A program made the translations under genes and the position numbers. From Minutocellus sp. GHC0000111 (taxonomy: Eukaryota), in contig OZ361257.1 of the NCBI GenBank assembly GCA_977018835.1, positions 806,001 to 870,000 of the forward strand: 64,000 bases of DNA, read 5' to 3'. This document shows, in pieces, positions 9,431-22,674 of this stretch. Below the pieces are notes generated by a model. The model saw only the letters and a program-made list of their open reading frames with translations. It ran no database searches and was not told where the DNA came from. Position 1 is the stretch's first letter, and each line of letters starts with the position of its first letter.

Positions 9431-12400
9431 ATGCCACGGAGGAGACTCGCTGGCATTTCCACAGTAGCATCAGCAGAAGAACAGCCCGAGCATAAATATT
9501 CGGCCATTAATTATTCTAATACTAGCAGCGGCAACAGCGGAGGAGGCATCACGATCCGACCAGAGGCACAGCAGCACCAGCACTCCCAGTCCCACCAGCA
9601 GGCGAGGATCAACGCACCCCAGCGCTCGTGGAGCGTCGATACGCTCGAGCGGCAGAACAGCGGCAGCAGCCCGCCGGGATCGCCGAGTCCTGGCATCAAG
9701 CGCAAGCACAGCTTTGACACCGCGACGGCCCTCGCCTTGGGAGTTGCCGTCGACGACGATACCGAGCGCAGCACCGACACTAGTATGTCCCATCTGCCCC
9801 CCTCGCTGGACGACGTCATGTACGCTTCCTTGCAGCAAGCCCGGAGGAGACGGCAGAAGCGCCTCCGCGCCATGGGATCGAGCCTGGCCCTCCTCTGCGG
9901 CAAGGTCGTTCTCTTCGGGGACAGCATGTTGCCCCAGCTGTCCAGCCTCCTGGGATCCCTCGGCATGAGCGGTAGCAGCGACACCATCGTGAAGCGATCG
10001 CTGCGGGCTTTCGAGGACAACGTCAAGCAGAGCCGACGGGTATTGAGGGATACCGTGGAGTGGAAGCGCGTCCCGAGGATGATGCTGGCGACCGACCTGG
10101 CGGCGCTGGCGGCGGAAGAGGAGGAGCGGATCCTACAGGAGGTTGGTGATGGTGGTGACAAGGATATTGACGATGAAAACAGTGCAGGAAATTCCAAGAC
10201 AGCCTCAAAGGATGACCAGCAAGATTCCACATCGTCCACCACCTCCAGCAACACCCTCTCCATCAAGCCCATCCGCAAGCGTCGCATTGCGGTTGTCAGG
10301 CCCTTTGGACCCAACAACGCCGCCGATCTCGAGGAGTCCTTCCGCCTTTGGGACACCCACTGGCCCTGTACTGCCAACCACCTCACCAGCTCGGAGCACA
10401 ACGACGAGTTCCAGATCGATCTGTACCTGCTCTTCTCCCGCACGTTCGATCCCACCGTCCATCCCGAGGCCATCGCGCTGGCCACCGAACTCCAAAACAA
10501 GTTTGCCAGCAACAACGGCTGGAACGGTTGCTTCTCCCGTCTGTTCAAGTTCGAGGCCGACATCGTCCCCTCCGACGATAACTACGACAAGTCCGTCCAC
10601 TCCGGTTTCAACAAGGACGGGGAGAGCCTGGAGCATCGGGACATTATGTGGGTCAACGGCCCCAACGAGTCCTTCCGCAAGGTCATGACCGTCCTGGGCG
10701 GTCTGGACGGACGGACCATCGATGGCATCCTCCCCACATCGTCCACCGACGCCGAGGGGACCAAGGCCGCTCGCGATGCCAACCATGCCGCCACCCGTGC
10801 CGCGGCCGACTACTGGTCCAACTTTGGCAGCAGCAACGAGAATGACGATGTCAAGGCATCGACGTCCTTTGCCGCCGCCGGTGCTGGTGGTGCCAGTGGT
10901 GTCGCCGAGGTCGATGGATACGAGCTCGTTTCCATAATGGAGCCCGACGTTCGACCCCGCCGGGCCTGTTGGCTCGACGACATGATCGATGAGATCCACG
11001 CCAAGGAACCGTTCGCCATGTTGGGAAGGTGAGTTTGATTTTATCTTTCGTTCTTTTTGCATATTTGTCATCACTTTACCTTCGTATGACATGATATCTC
11101 ACGGTCTCTCTCCACCTCCTCTCCTACACTGCTACAGCACATACAAGGGACACGCTTGGGACAACTTCAAGTCGGAGCTACCCTCCTCCCTGCTCAACCA
11201 CCTCAACGGCAACGCCCACTACAATATGACCCACCCCCTCTTCCTTCACTTGCTCTCCGAGCTCAACGCCGAGGCCGGAAGTCACTATAGTGCCATCCCC
11301 TACGACTACCGTATCTCCCAAATGATCACCGAGGGCCGCGATGGCGTTCCGCCTGAGTTTCCTTTTCCGGATATGAAGGATCCCGATACCGGTGGGTCCA
11401 TCATCCTGGCTGCCAAGGGCGACAAGTTCCGTCGTTGGTGGGACCTCTATGAACCGAGCAACGCCCTCACCAGTCCCGATGGTATTAGCCCCATGAAGGA
11501 GTCCGATGTTATTGCCAACTTTGCCGCCACCGACTACCTTGACGAATTTCTACCGGCTGGCGATACCGAGGGCGTCGTCGTTCACGGCAAAGGCGGATGG
11601 AGACAATGGAACCACGATGATCATGACATTACCTTGGTCATTTCGGACTGGGATGGGCAGCTTTTGCCGTCTGTCATCCAGAGCCTCAGCGAAGTCCATC
11701 ACCCTTACACTGAGGTCATTGTGATGCGCCCTCCTCCTGAGGAGCGACCCAAGCCTAGTCTCCTCCAGCGCGTCGTTCGATTGTTTGGTGGCAGTACTGA
11801 CGTCAAGTCTGTCGCCAGTCATACTGGTCCCAACACCATTAATGTCAAATACGTCGATCGAATCCACCCCGATTACATGGACCTATGCTCGGCTCCCGTC
11901 CGCACCAACTGGTTCATGGTCACAAACTCCTATCACGCTCTCAACCCCAAGGGCGTTGACTTGATGTTTACCCACCCATCGAGCAATGCCGAAAGCTCCC
12001 GGCCGGTCATCCCCTACACTCCCGCTCGGTCGCGCTACTGCTCGGACTATGAGGCCTGCCGTGAAATTTACGACATGGCCCGTCGTTTCCACGATGGCGA
12101 TGACTTTGACAAGATTATCCTTGATATGGATATGCTCTACCACACTCGTAGTCGCGATGGCTTCTGCGGTGCTTGGGGTGAGATCCATGAGGCCGAGGAG
12201 GAGAAGGATGATCAGGCCTACTTCCCGCCTTTGTCGCCCGTGTCAAAGCGTGGTCCCTCGGCCACGGCGTACGCTGCCTACCTCCAACGTGCTGGTATGG
12301 CTGACTCCATCTATCAGTTTAGCAACCAGCTGCTGAGTGGTGGCAAGGATGCCTTTACCAAGATCTACCACGAAGAGGAGGAAGAAGTCCGCCGACGCAT

Positions 12401-12899
12401 GGCCCAGGACGAAGACCTTCTCAAGCTAGCTCGAATGAGTGGCAGTGTACCGCTCGAGACCCTCATGGGTGCCGCTAGTCCGGGATCGGATTCTCCAACT
12501 GAAGCCTCTCCTTCCACACGATCACTTGCCGATAAGGAAAAGGCATCAAAGGAAGCTGGCAAGAAGAGCGATGCAATTGCCGCTCTCAGTGATAAGCGAA
12601 GAGCACAAGAAGAAATTGAAGGCACCACCGTTCAAAAAGATGACGACGAGGCCTTGAGGTTATTAAAGGGAGGCAACGGAAAGAGTAACAATGGGCCGCA
12701 GTGCGCCCTCGTCTATGAGGAAGCCAAGGAATGCGGCGCTAACGGCAACGTCGAAGATACATGCTGCGATGGTCTCTATTGCTTAGGAAAGCAATGCACT
12801 GCTCCCACCGAATGCTTGGGAAGCAGCTGCATCAATTTCCGCAGCCGATCTCTCGGGGGCTTGGTATGGAGCCCACCAAATTGGTTGGTCAAGAGCTAA
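9431..12899 (+). CDS. Large uncharacterised protein, probably type II membrane and possibly glycosyltransferase-like; intron 11029-11137
   Basis: Two long ORFs are joined by a GTGAGT..CAG intron giving AMLGSTYKG. Hydrophobic stretch after a basic cluster, MEPDVRP motif, Cys-rich tail. Confidence 0.7.
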
Positions 12900-13158
12900 A
12901 AGCGAATGCAGCAAAGCTATTATGTGACAAGGGGCCTTTCGTATACTAGTCTAGTAGAATGATTGAATGTAATAAATGAACGAATTATAGATGCATGCAA
13001 GAACATTCATACGATCGTAAAGCCCTGCACAGCAAGTAAGGGAAGTAGTGAGCTACCTCAAGGAGCTACATATGGAAATCCTATGCTATTCGGTATTCCA
13101 ACTTGGACTTATGAGAAGTTTTGGCGGTGCCGATAGTTTGGTGACGATAACCTTGGCT

Positions 13159-14421
13159 TCATCGAGATCTTTTTTTATCAAAAGCGTAGGTCCAAGACCA
13201 TGTCATATTCTCGCTCAAGCCATCACAATCATCATGCTGCGAAGCGGCGTAGAGATCCTCATCTTCACTGGTGCCACTGAAGCGCGTTTGGCCTTTCTTA
13301 GGCATTGAAAGGTACCAACCTTCTTTATCTTCATCTCTATTGATGCCAAAGGTCACCTTCCGCCCATCAAACTCCCCTTCCATTTCGTACACGGGGGCGT
13401 CGTTCAATTGGTAAGAAGTCCTCTTGTAAATGCCATTGACACACGTCACACCTGCACCGAACACACATACGCACGAGGGCCCATCATCACCGGCATACTT
13501 CTCAATTGCATCCAAAATGTTCTCATCCTCAATGAGACCGGTTTTTCTCACCGACTGGGCAAGCAGCTTCGGTGGGATCCAAAGAAGATCGATTTCAGAA
13601 GCACATGTTTTGGCAGCACCCACCCTCTCCCTTTGCTTTGACCTACCACCGACTTTAGACCAAGTCTCAATGGCTCTGAAGATATCGTAGGCGTGGGGAG
13701 AAAGTGTCGTGTCTTTCACGAGCGCATGCAGACCCTCCGGGCTCAGCGCCTTCAAGAAAGCACTCGAAGATTCTGGTTCCAGACCAAGGCACTCTTTGTG
13801 GTTCAAGCGTACAGCATCAAGTGCAGCTGTGCAAACATTTTCGATGCTAGCCCCATGTTTCATAGCAGAATCCCAAATAGTGAGGGCGAAGGCAGAGTTT
13901 TCATCAATAATCTTGTTCAGCATGACCTCTATCCACTCTTGGAGACTCTTTAATTCGAGATAATGAGCACATGCAACAGTGTTGACCAATGCTTGCAATG
14001 TTGAAATGACTTCCTTTTCTCTCGTTTTCGAAGTTCCAAAATCTTTTTCCATGTCCTGGAACTCAACGAAGGAATCAATGGTATCCGACATGCACCATTC
14101 CACCACCGATCGGAGGACAGTGGAGCAAAAATCAAGCCGGACTTCACTGGACTGCGCTTCCTGAAAACTACCCAATAGCATGCGCTCAAGGACGGCACTT
14201 CGCATGGCGAGGATCGATCGGATGGCCGGCACACGGCCATCGTCGGACCCAATCAGAATAATATCGCAGAATTTGTCAGGATCTTGAAGACCCTTCAGCA
14301 GATCACGACCCAGCACCCCGGGGCGGTGCCTGGATTCCTCCTCGTCGGTACCTACTGCGTCAGCCTCAGATGCCGCCGCCGCCTCTGACGCCTTGCGCTT
14401 CCTGCTCGATCCCTTGGGCAT
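13159..14421 (-). CDS. BTB/POZ (BACK-like) domain protein
   Basis: FCDIILIGSDDGRVPAIRSILAMRSAVLERMLLGSFQEA is a BTB signature; basic N-terminus. An A7 run near 13170 may carry an indel that shortens the C-terminus. Confidence 0.85.
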   Translation of the reverse strand: MPKGSSRKRKASEAAAASEADAVGTDEEESRHRPGVLGRDLLKGLQDPDKFCDIILIGSDDGRVPAIRSILAMRSAVLERMLLGSFQEAQSSEVRLDFCSTVLRSVVEWCMSDTIDSFVEFQDMEKDFGTSKTREKEVISTLQALVNTVACAHYLELKSLQEWIEVMLNKIIDENSAFALTIWDSAMKHGASIENVCTAALDAVRLNHKECLGLEPESSSAFLKALSPEGLHALVKDTTLSPHAYDIFRAIETWSKVGGRSKQRERVGAAKTCASEIDLLWIPPKLLAQSVRKTGLIEDENILDAIEKYAGDDGPSCVCVFGAGVTCVNGIYKRTSYQLNDAPVYEMEGEFDGRKVTFGINRDEDKEGWYLSMPKKGQTRFSGTSEDEDLYAASQHDDCDGLSENMTWSWTYAFDKKRSR

Positions 14422-15461
14422 TGTTGTTGCTGCTACAGATATTTTTGATTTTTGCTTCAATCAATTCATTCCCGCCATTTACTACGTAGTATTTCCACGG
14501 CAAACAAAAGATGAGATGAGACGCCTCGCCCCGCTCAACTTCCGTTGCCAAATGTTGGACGCAACCAAACATTTTCCCGCCATCTTCGTTGCCAAATTTG
14601 TGGTCGCTTCCAGTTGGTCCCGAAAATCAATCATCAATCAAGCTCGGAACGCCGGCCGGACCCACACTGGCCATTTGACTCAAATTGGTAAAATCCTGGA
14701 CGAAACTTCGACCCCTAACTTGCTTCGTCTAATGCGAGGTCCTTTGCAAGATTTACAATCTCTTTCGACCTCGCATAAGTCTACATTTTTCGAAATGCCG
14801 AGCTAAATTGGTCCCGGCCACACATGAACCTCATCCATCAATTGCTTGTTGGATGGAGGACCGAGCCAAATTTGGTTGCAACTCAGAAGCAAGTGCGGTC
14901 GCGTCGGTGCTAGGACCCGGACGCACGAACAACTCGGGGAAAATCCCGGCAAAACGACTTTTCAAAGAAATGGACCTCTGAAGCTGAAATTTGGACACAG
15001 CATAGCACATGATGCGAGAAACCTTAGAATGGCATCGCGAAATCTCAATTCCTGATATTTCTTGAGTTATCGGCACATCTTTTTTTGCCTCAACGCGTGG
15101 AAGTTAGTCCTACCAACGGAAACCCCCAAAAAACCCGGGTTTTTCGTGCCGGAGGGTCCTAGGCCTAGGCCTAGTATCTTCATCACTTCTCACGCTCGTG
15201 CCTCGTCAGGTCCATTTAGTTAGTATCGTGCGTTTTGATCCGATACCCGAGCAAAGAGAGCCATCACATCCATCCTCAGAAGCAACACACATCGTGCTGC
15301 TTTTTACGCTTCGCTCTTGTCGGCATCAACAAGAGCCAGTCAGTTCCCGTATCTTCGCCTCACCCGATTCCGAGCACAAACACCGATAAGTGCGTGCCCG
15401 TGCAGACCTGGCAAAGAGACAAACACTTATCTGCAAAAGCCAATTCATAACCACAAAAGCA

Positions 15462-17506
15462 ATGAACTCTCGAGCATCTTCGGCCCTCCTCGTTGCGGGT
15501 TGCTGCCTGGTATCTGCCCAGCAGCAGCAGCCGGAGCAGCAGCAACCGGCCGCTGCCGCTGCCCCCCGTACCTCTGCCGGCCTTCCCGGCGGACTGCGCA
15601 ACCTCGAGAACATTCGGAGGAAGCGCGTCCTGACCACCCGCCTCGAGGCGCAGGAGCAGGCACGTCAACGACGGGCCGCCGATAACGGCAACAACGCACA
15701 GCAGCAGGAGCAACAGCCAGAATCCATCTACAGCGCCGAGGATGCCGACGCCTTCTTTGCCGAGTCCAACTTTTTCGACCTCCGTCATCTGCAAAAATCG
15801 ATGGTCACGGACGCCCCGACCGTCGACGATACCGACGCCCCGACTTTCGCCCCCACCCCGCTCGATTGCAATTCCGACCCCGACGTTCGGGAGGCCGCCG
15901 TCGACGAGCTGCTGTCGTCCATCTCCGACGACATTGACGACCCGTCGACGCCCGCCGGTCAGGCGGCCGAGTGGATCCTCAATGGCGATCCCGCCATGCC
16001 GGATCCGTGCCGCGATCCCGACGCCGTCGTGGGACGGTTCGCGCTGACCACCTTTTACTACTCGACCGGTGGAGAGCAGTGGCGCAACAACGACGGGTGG
16101 CTCACCGAGGCGCCCGCCTGCGACTGGTTCGGCGTCGGATGCGACGGTGACAACATCGTCGAGCTGAATATGGGTGCGTTTACTTTCTCACTTATTGATT
16201 GATTGCTGCTGTTGGTTGGACTTTGCTTGTTTATCGGTGGGCTGGAGTACTTGGCAGAACTGACACATGTTTCATGTGTATGTTTGTGTTTGTGCTGGCC
16301 TCCGTATCTGCCTCGCCGCACCCCCAACCCGGTTTCACTTACCTGTCTTATGCCCCTCATCCTCTCTCTCACCCCCCCCTCTCTCAAAACACAGAGAGGA
16401 ACGACCTGTCCGGCGAACTCCCTCCCGAGCTCACGGCCCTGGAGGAGATGCGCGACTTCAAGATGTTCCGCAACTCCCTCGAGGGCACTCTGTTCACCGA
16501 GATTGGCGAGATGGAGAACCTCCGCACCCTCGACCTCGAGCAGAATCGCTTCACGGGGACCATCCCCACCGAGGTCCTCAACATTCCCGACCTTCAGTTC
16601 CTCCGTGGTTCCTTCAACGAGTTCAGCGGTACCATCCCCGACGACATTGGGCAGCTCACCGGCCTCAAGGAGCTGTGGTTTGCCGAGACCAACCTCGAGG
16701 GTACCATCCCCGCCTCCATCGGTGACTGCGAGGAGATGGAATCCATCCTCCTGTACGAGACCAACGTCGAGGGGGAACTTCCACCCGAAATGTTTGCCTC
16801 CGATCAGCTTGCCTGGGTCGACCTGTCCGAGACCAACGTCGAGGGTGAGCTCCCCTCTACCTTCTACGAGGCCACCGGCCTTCGCAAGTTCGTCATGAAC
16901 AGTACCGACATCTCTGGCACTCTCAGCGAGGAGCTTGGCAACCTCGAGAATCTGGAGCAGCTGTGGATCCGCAAGACCAACCTCGAGGGTCCTATTCCCA
17001 ACAGCGTCGGTGATTTGACCAACCTGGAGATTCTACTTCTGGACGAGAACCAGATGACCGGTACCATCCCCTCCACTATTGGCAACAACGACAACCTCAT
17101 CTTCATCGATGTGTCCAACAACGAGATCGAGGGTTCCATCCCCTCCGAGCTCTTTGATGTTTCCAGCCTCGAGATCATTTACATCGGCAACAACACCCTC
17201 ACCGGACCCATTCCCGAAAACTACTACGAGCCCGACAACCTTCGTGAATTGTGGATCGACGGCAACCTCCTCACCGGTACCGTCCCCGACGTCCCCTCCG
17301 GCAAGTTCGAGCAGCTTGAGGAGCTCATCCTCAACAAGAATTTGCTCACGGGCGAAGTCCCTTCTTCACTCTGCGACCTTCGCGACGACGCCGATGGCAA
17401 AATCGTCAGTCTTCATGCCGACTGTGCCCAGCCTCCAAGCCCGCCTCAGATTGCATGCGCGTGCTGCACCAAGTGCACCACCGCAGCTGGCGAGGAGGAC
17501 CCATAG
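15462..17506 (+). CDS. Secreted plant-type leucine-rich repeat protein; intron 16174-16394
   Basis: Signal peptide, LRR N-cap ALTTFYYSTGGEQW..W...CDWFGVGC, many LxxNxLxGxIP repeats and a C-cap DC...ACACCTKC. Confidence 0.92.
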
Positions 17507-17792
17507 ACGCATAACAACCCATGTTTTGAGAGTCGAAGTATATGTCGAACGACGACACAAGTCAAAAGTCACCAATACAGTATTTGACCTTGTAGTCAAG
17601 GGGAGGGAAAGGCAACGCGCGATTGCACCCGTAAGACGATGATGCGGCGCCACCCGACGCCCGAATATTATATGTTTCAGAATCAATCAACGCATAATCA
17701 AACTTAACATAGCAATGATATCTTAAAAATAATTGAGAATCCATTATTGATACTGTGTGCTGGTATATTGCTAGCTTAGATGGATTATCACC

Positions 17793-19530
17793 TCACAGCT
17801 CATCTCCTGTCCGTCTGGAGATATATTTGCCCCAGATCGAATCATCGGGATGAAGAATGCCGGCTGCCTTCAACGCGTATGTCAGCAAAATGGCAGCCAA
17901 CAGTGCCAGCATAGCTTCGACCATGCAAGTGAACCAAAAGGGAAAGATTCTCTTGGAATCCAATCCATTACCGTTCTCCCACCGACGCCTTCGCTGGGCA
18001 CCTCGCTCCATCGTCTCCTCCACGATGTCAGCCCACCGAGCACGGAACGTATCCAAACCGAAGTTGGCGGCAACCCGCTCGTGGCCCTTGAGTCATCTCT
18101 ACTGCCCCGGTGGGATTGCTCACCATATGCTCCAGCGCCGATGCGAATCCTTCCAAGGAATTCTCCACCAACAACCCCGTTTCTTCATGTACAACCGTCT
18201 CCTTGGGCCCACCGGAATTGACGGCAATGACCGGCGATCCGGCGTACATGGCCTCAAGCGGGACGATGCCAAAGTGCTCTCTGTGAGGTGTGTACACTAC
18301 ACACAGAGCACTGCGGAGCAGCTCGGCTCGCTCATCGTCACCGACCGAGGGGGCGAAGGTTGTGTTCTGGGCAACGCCAAGATCGGAGGCCAACTGCTTC
18401 AGCTCGGCCAAATGTTCCACATTCTCCACATTCCTTGGATCGTACCCGCCGGCAATTACCAGGTCTGGGATTGATTTGGTCTTCTTTTCGTCTGCAAAAT
18501 CTTGCCGTAACTTGGCATATGCCTTGAGCAGTATGTTGACATTCTTCTTTCGCTCGAATCTATTGAGACTAAAGATCGGTCCGACCTTGCCACTCTTTAC
18601 ATTGCGCTGCTTGGATTCAAAGTCTGGATTGATGAACTTGTTGAGATCGATCGGTCGATAGAGTACCTGAATGTATCCATCATCCTTCTGTGCTGATACC
18701 GTACTGGTAGCAGCCACATTCGTGGCCGACGATGTCAACGAGGGAAAGGCGGTAGCAACCTCTCCACGGGTAAAGTTGGAATTAACGGCTATAAGGTCGG
18801 CATTTCGCATGGTTGTTTCCTCCATGCCATCCAGTGCTGCTCGATACAATGCCTTCAGAAAACGATACGCAGATTTTGCCAAAGTCAGTATCCATATCTG
18901 CCCTTGATGTGGTGTGTCCGATGTATCTGGAGTCATGGTCACGCCATTTACAGTGTCCCTCGTCAGCAACTTATCTGGAAAGTGGCAGTAAAACAACGCA
19001 CTTTTGGCCATCCACCAGCATATCAGCATTGGCAGACCTGTCGGCAACACATCCACAACGAATGCATCGGCGTTGGGACATTCCTTTGCGGCACAGTACG
19101 TTAGATAGATCATGCGAAGGGTGGAGCAAAGGGCGGTACCGACCCGAGGCCCACCGATAAAAAATAGGGGCATATTGACCGGTAAAAACGCACCCCGTAC
19201 TTGCACCAAGGATGCCAATATTCCATCGGGGGGCTTCACCACATCAAAGCAGTGGGTGGGGGTGCAGTGGGTGGTGTAGATGGACACGCTGGCATCCAAT
19301 TCATGCGAGTTCAAGTCTTGGTCACCCTTAGATGCTTGAGTTTGCGAGGCGGCATATCCTGGAGTGGACGGGCCGAGCGATGCCAAGGCCAGGTTGACCA
19401 CCAGCTGCTCCGCTCCACCGATGCCCAGATCGAGGTGAACAAAGACGATGTGCGGTCTGGCGTCAGTGCCCTTCTGTTGCTGCCGCCGCCGGAGGCGGGG
19501 GTTGGAGGCGGCATTCGAGGTCGTGCCCAT
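17793..19530 (-). CDS. ALG2: Alpha-1,3/1,6-mannosyltransferase ALG2; frameshift near 18092
   Basis: HLDLGIGGAEQLVV, FYCHFPDKLL, SLNRFERKKN, EHFGIVPLEAM. The C-terminus (KGHERVAANFG, TM helix, GDEL) lies in a second frame. Confidence 0.93.
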
Positions 19531-19868
19531 GGTCTCTCTTGTGTTGCAGAATTTTTATGATAGCAATCGACCAGTGGAACGGCGGCCAGACGAAAAAGCG
19601 AGAGGCGAGAGCACTTATGGTTCCCATAACCCGCTCTGTCTCTGCTTGTCTTTCTTCACTTCAGTAGTGTTTGCTCTGTCGACTTGGAGGTTCTAACACC
19701 GTTAGTAATTGTAGACAAGTCTGACATACTTCCATAGATCGATCTACTTTAGTATATATTTGTATGTGTGTGTGGTTGCCAAGAGTCGAGGCGCTGAGTA
19801 GCTTCTGCTCACCCCCTCGAAGTCTTGAATCGAATTTTTCGATTACGTGATGATGCATTCGATTTCTC

Positions 19869-20196
19869 AGAATCTTGGTAAATGTTTGTCAGAGCAGAGA
19901 CTGTTCCAAAAGAAGGGCACCCTCGAAAGATCACGGCAAGAGCGCTTGGAGGAGCTTGGTGTCATTTGGAATCTGGTGGAAATGAGGGATGATAGGAGCT
20001 GGACGAATAAAAATACTACTTGTTGGAAAAGTTCAAGAAACAAGGTCACTGTAGAGTTCCGGCAAGACATGTTGAGGACGGGGAGAACCTCGGTCAATGG
20101 CTGCATAAACAAAAACAAGCGCAAAAACAGAGCAAGCTCTATCCAGAGAGGCATCAGAAACTTGATGAGTTGGGCGTTGTGTGGATTAAATTATAA
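19869..20196 (+). pseudogene. Degenerate fragment of about 1.5 HA domains, homologous to the 3' end of the helicase at 1560-4499
   Basis: Reads NLGKCLSEQR...LEELGVIW, then after a frameshift YLLEKFKKQGHCRVPARHVEDGENLGQWL..KLDELGVVW. DNA similarity to about 4355-4496 is visible (GAGGACGGGGAGAA, ATCCAGAGAGG, ATGAGTTGGGCGTTGTGTGG). Confidence 0.85.
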
Positions 20197-20616
20197 GGGG
20201 TTTTTCACATCGCGTCTTCTTTACCTAATTGTATTATTACTCACTTCTGGAATCGTGGGGCACGCATCTGAAGCATGCAGGGGGTAATAGAGCTGCACTT
20301 TATCCCCTGGGCCTTTCAGTAGGCGGCCGATCCTCAGGACGAGGTCGGTGTAAGTTACGGATGAAGTCGCCAGTTGTGTTAGAGATATTGGAATTAGTCG
20401 CTGTAATCTCGGGTCAGCCGGCGATGCTTTCGGGCGGAATGCAGCATCCTTGGATGCCATGTAGCTGGGCCACCTTTGATCCTCCGCCACAGGGGGAGAG
20501 AGATGAGATCTTTGACAATATCGAGGAATCTGTCTACCATTGAGTTCCCTTCGTGGGACAGTAGATAGCCTGTCTAATATAAGGAATGCTTATCGCTTAC
20601 CGCTTACCTAATAGTA

Positions 20617-21740
20617 TTATTTACCGCTAATGTAGTCGTCGACATCTCTGGCACCGGAAGATTCACCTTTAGCCGTTGGCATCTCCATTATCTGCTGTAC
20701 AGGGCCATCTTTTTCACCGCTGACGATATCATCAAGATCTACGTTGAGAGCTGCACTGTCTGAATTGCATTCCTCAAATTGAAATGCGGTGACAACGCAT
20801 TGTTCGATCCAGTTGTCTCCCAAGGAGTTCATCGATGACTCGGCGATAGAATCGATCCCAGTTCGGCCCGACGAATTATTTGCTTCAGACATGGTCCTGT
20901 TTGCGGAATAGACACCTTCGAGGACATTGGCAAAAGAGAATCGGCAAGGGATCCCGTCTTGCTTCCGCTTCGGCTGTTGGGCATCGAAGACCGCTTAGTG
21001 CTGTATGGGTCCGCAGAGGACGATCGACGACGCGAGGACGCAACAATAGCCGATGATCGACGGGCTTGTCTTGGCTGTCTTGGCTGCTTTTCAGATATCG
21101 CGCAGCCATCATCATGATCATCGCCAATAACATCAATGTCGAGCCTCATCTCTGATGGGTCAACCGATCGTGATCTTCTTGGTCGTCGTCCCGAAGATAA
21201 ATTCGACGACCGCCGTGACCTCCGAGGCCTTCTTTCGTTTACATTCACACCATCTACCGAGCTTGCGTCGTTTAGAATCTGTTGAACATTTACCTCACCA
21301 AAGTCGAAACTTCGAGCTCGCCGATTCAGTCTACGAGACGAAGGGGGAGAGAGCGCAGGTGGGTCTTCACTACGAAGATCTGCCTCGAAAGCAAACGCTG
21401 CGTCTGCATCGGAAAGGCTTCTTCTTCGTCGAATACCCTCAGTATTTTCACCGCTCCCTGGTCCAATCGTTTCAGTCAATGCCATACCAAATGTTGACCC
21501 TTCAAACATTCGTCGCAACTTTCCCTTCTTCTCCTGTTCTTTGCGCTCCCTTTCTTCACGGATTCTATCGAGATCTTCCTTGTGCAGCAAGTCCTCCAAA
21601 TCTTCCATAGATATGCCAGCAAGAGATTCACCTAGGCGTATGTACCGCTTCTTATAATCTTCAGCCAAGACTTCTGCCGCCTCCAGCCGGACTCTCAACT
21701 CAATTTTGTCCTTCTGAAGCTTTGTTAACGATTGTTTCAT
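20617..21740 (-). CDS. Hypothetical coiled-coil, Arg/Ser-rich protein; frameshift near 20932
   Basis: Two overlapping ORFs join if one T is added to CTTTTG, giving DSLFANVLEGVY...MSEANN. Confidence 0.6.
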
Positions 21741-22674
21741 TGATGGTACAACTTGTTTGTACTTTTTGTCGGACTCAGGGCGTCAAGGGATGTGAGGCCC
21801 AACAGACGGCGCAGTTCAAGGCTGAGGAGAGGGCATCCAATCCAAAGGTCGAGGAGAGGCGGACAGCATCGCGATTGAGCAAAAAAGTAAATAGTGCACC
21901 CAAACAAACACATCACGTCCTTCTTAACTCACCCATTTATCTCCCAGACCAAAAAGTCCCTTTGTCGGGTTGATTGTTGCATAAACTTATCCCAACACTG
22001 TCTGTCTCTCCTCGGGCGCAAAATTGTTGTCGGAATTCCGGGGGAGGGAGGTCGAGTGGGGATGCGATCGGTCGGGATCAGCGAGAGTCGGTCATACGGG
22101 GGGTGCGGCGCAATCCCGGCAGTTTATCATCAACAACAACGTGGGAAAGTACCAGAGGGTCTGGGGCATCACAACGGGAGCACGACGAGCACAAAGACGG
22201 AGCAATGGCACCACCCCAGAGAAACGAACGGCCGACAGATGGAGGAAAAGCAGGCCGATGGTTCGTGGCGTTGATGCGCAGCGGAGGCCAATCTGAGGAT
22301 GCAGTAAGCTTCAACTATATCCAAACATGATAATGAATGCGTATTTGGTACGAAAATATAGTTATACGCCGGCGCAACGCCGACGGACCACCATGGTGTT
22401 GGACGGTCAAAGAATGGGTGACGAACGAGATTGGGTTTTGGTGGGTTTCTTCGTGACGTGTTCGTCTTCTGCCGAAAAACGCTTCATCCGACCGGCGAAA
22501 CAAGACGAGATGGGGCTGTGGGTCAGCGGTCAGCATAGCAAGCAAGGTCAGGCGGGGTCGGAAATGCATTATTTGCATCTCGCTCGCCATGCGCGGCCCG
22601 TGCAAGTGTTATGTTGCACGAATTGAGTTGCGTTGGTAATAACGTCGTGCGACTCGCTCTCTTAGGACCGTACC

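Noticed and set aside
9511..11092. Long antisense ORFs (350 and 295 aa), and similar ones over SOD, PEX19 and the first cyclin
   Set aside because: They are shadows of GC-rich, codon-biased sense genes and have no recognisable motifs.
20221..20543. Coding-like sequence next to the HA relic
   Set aside because: No frame gives a recognisable protein or transposase motif.
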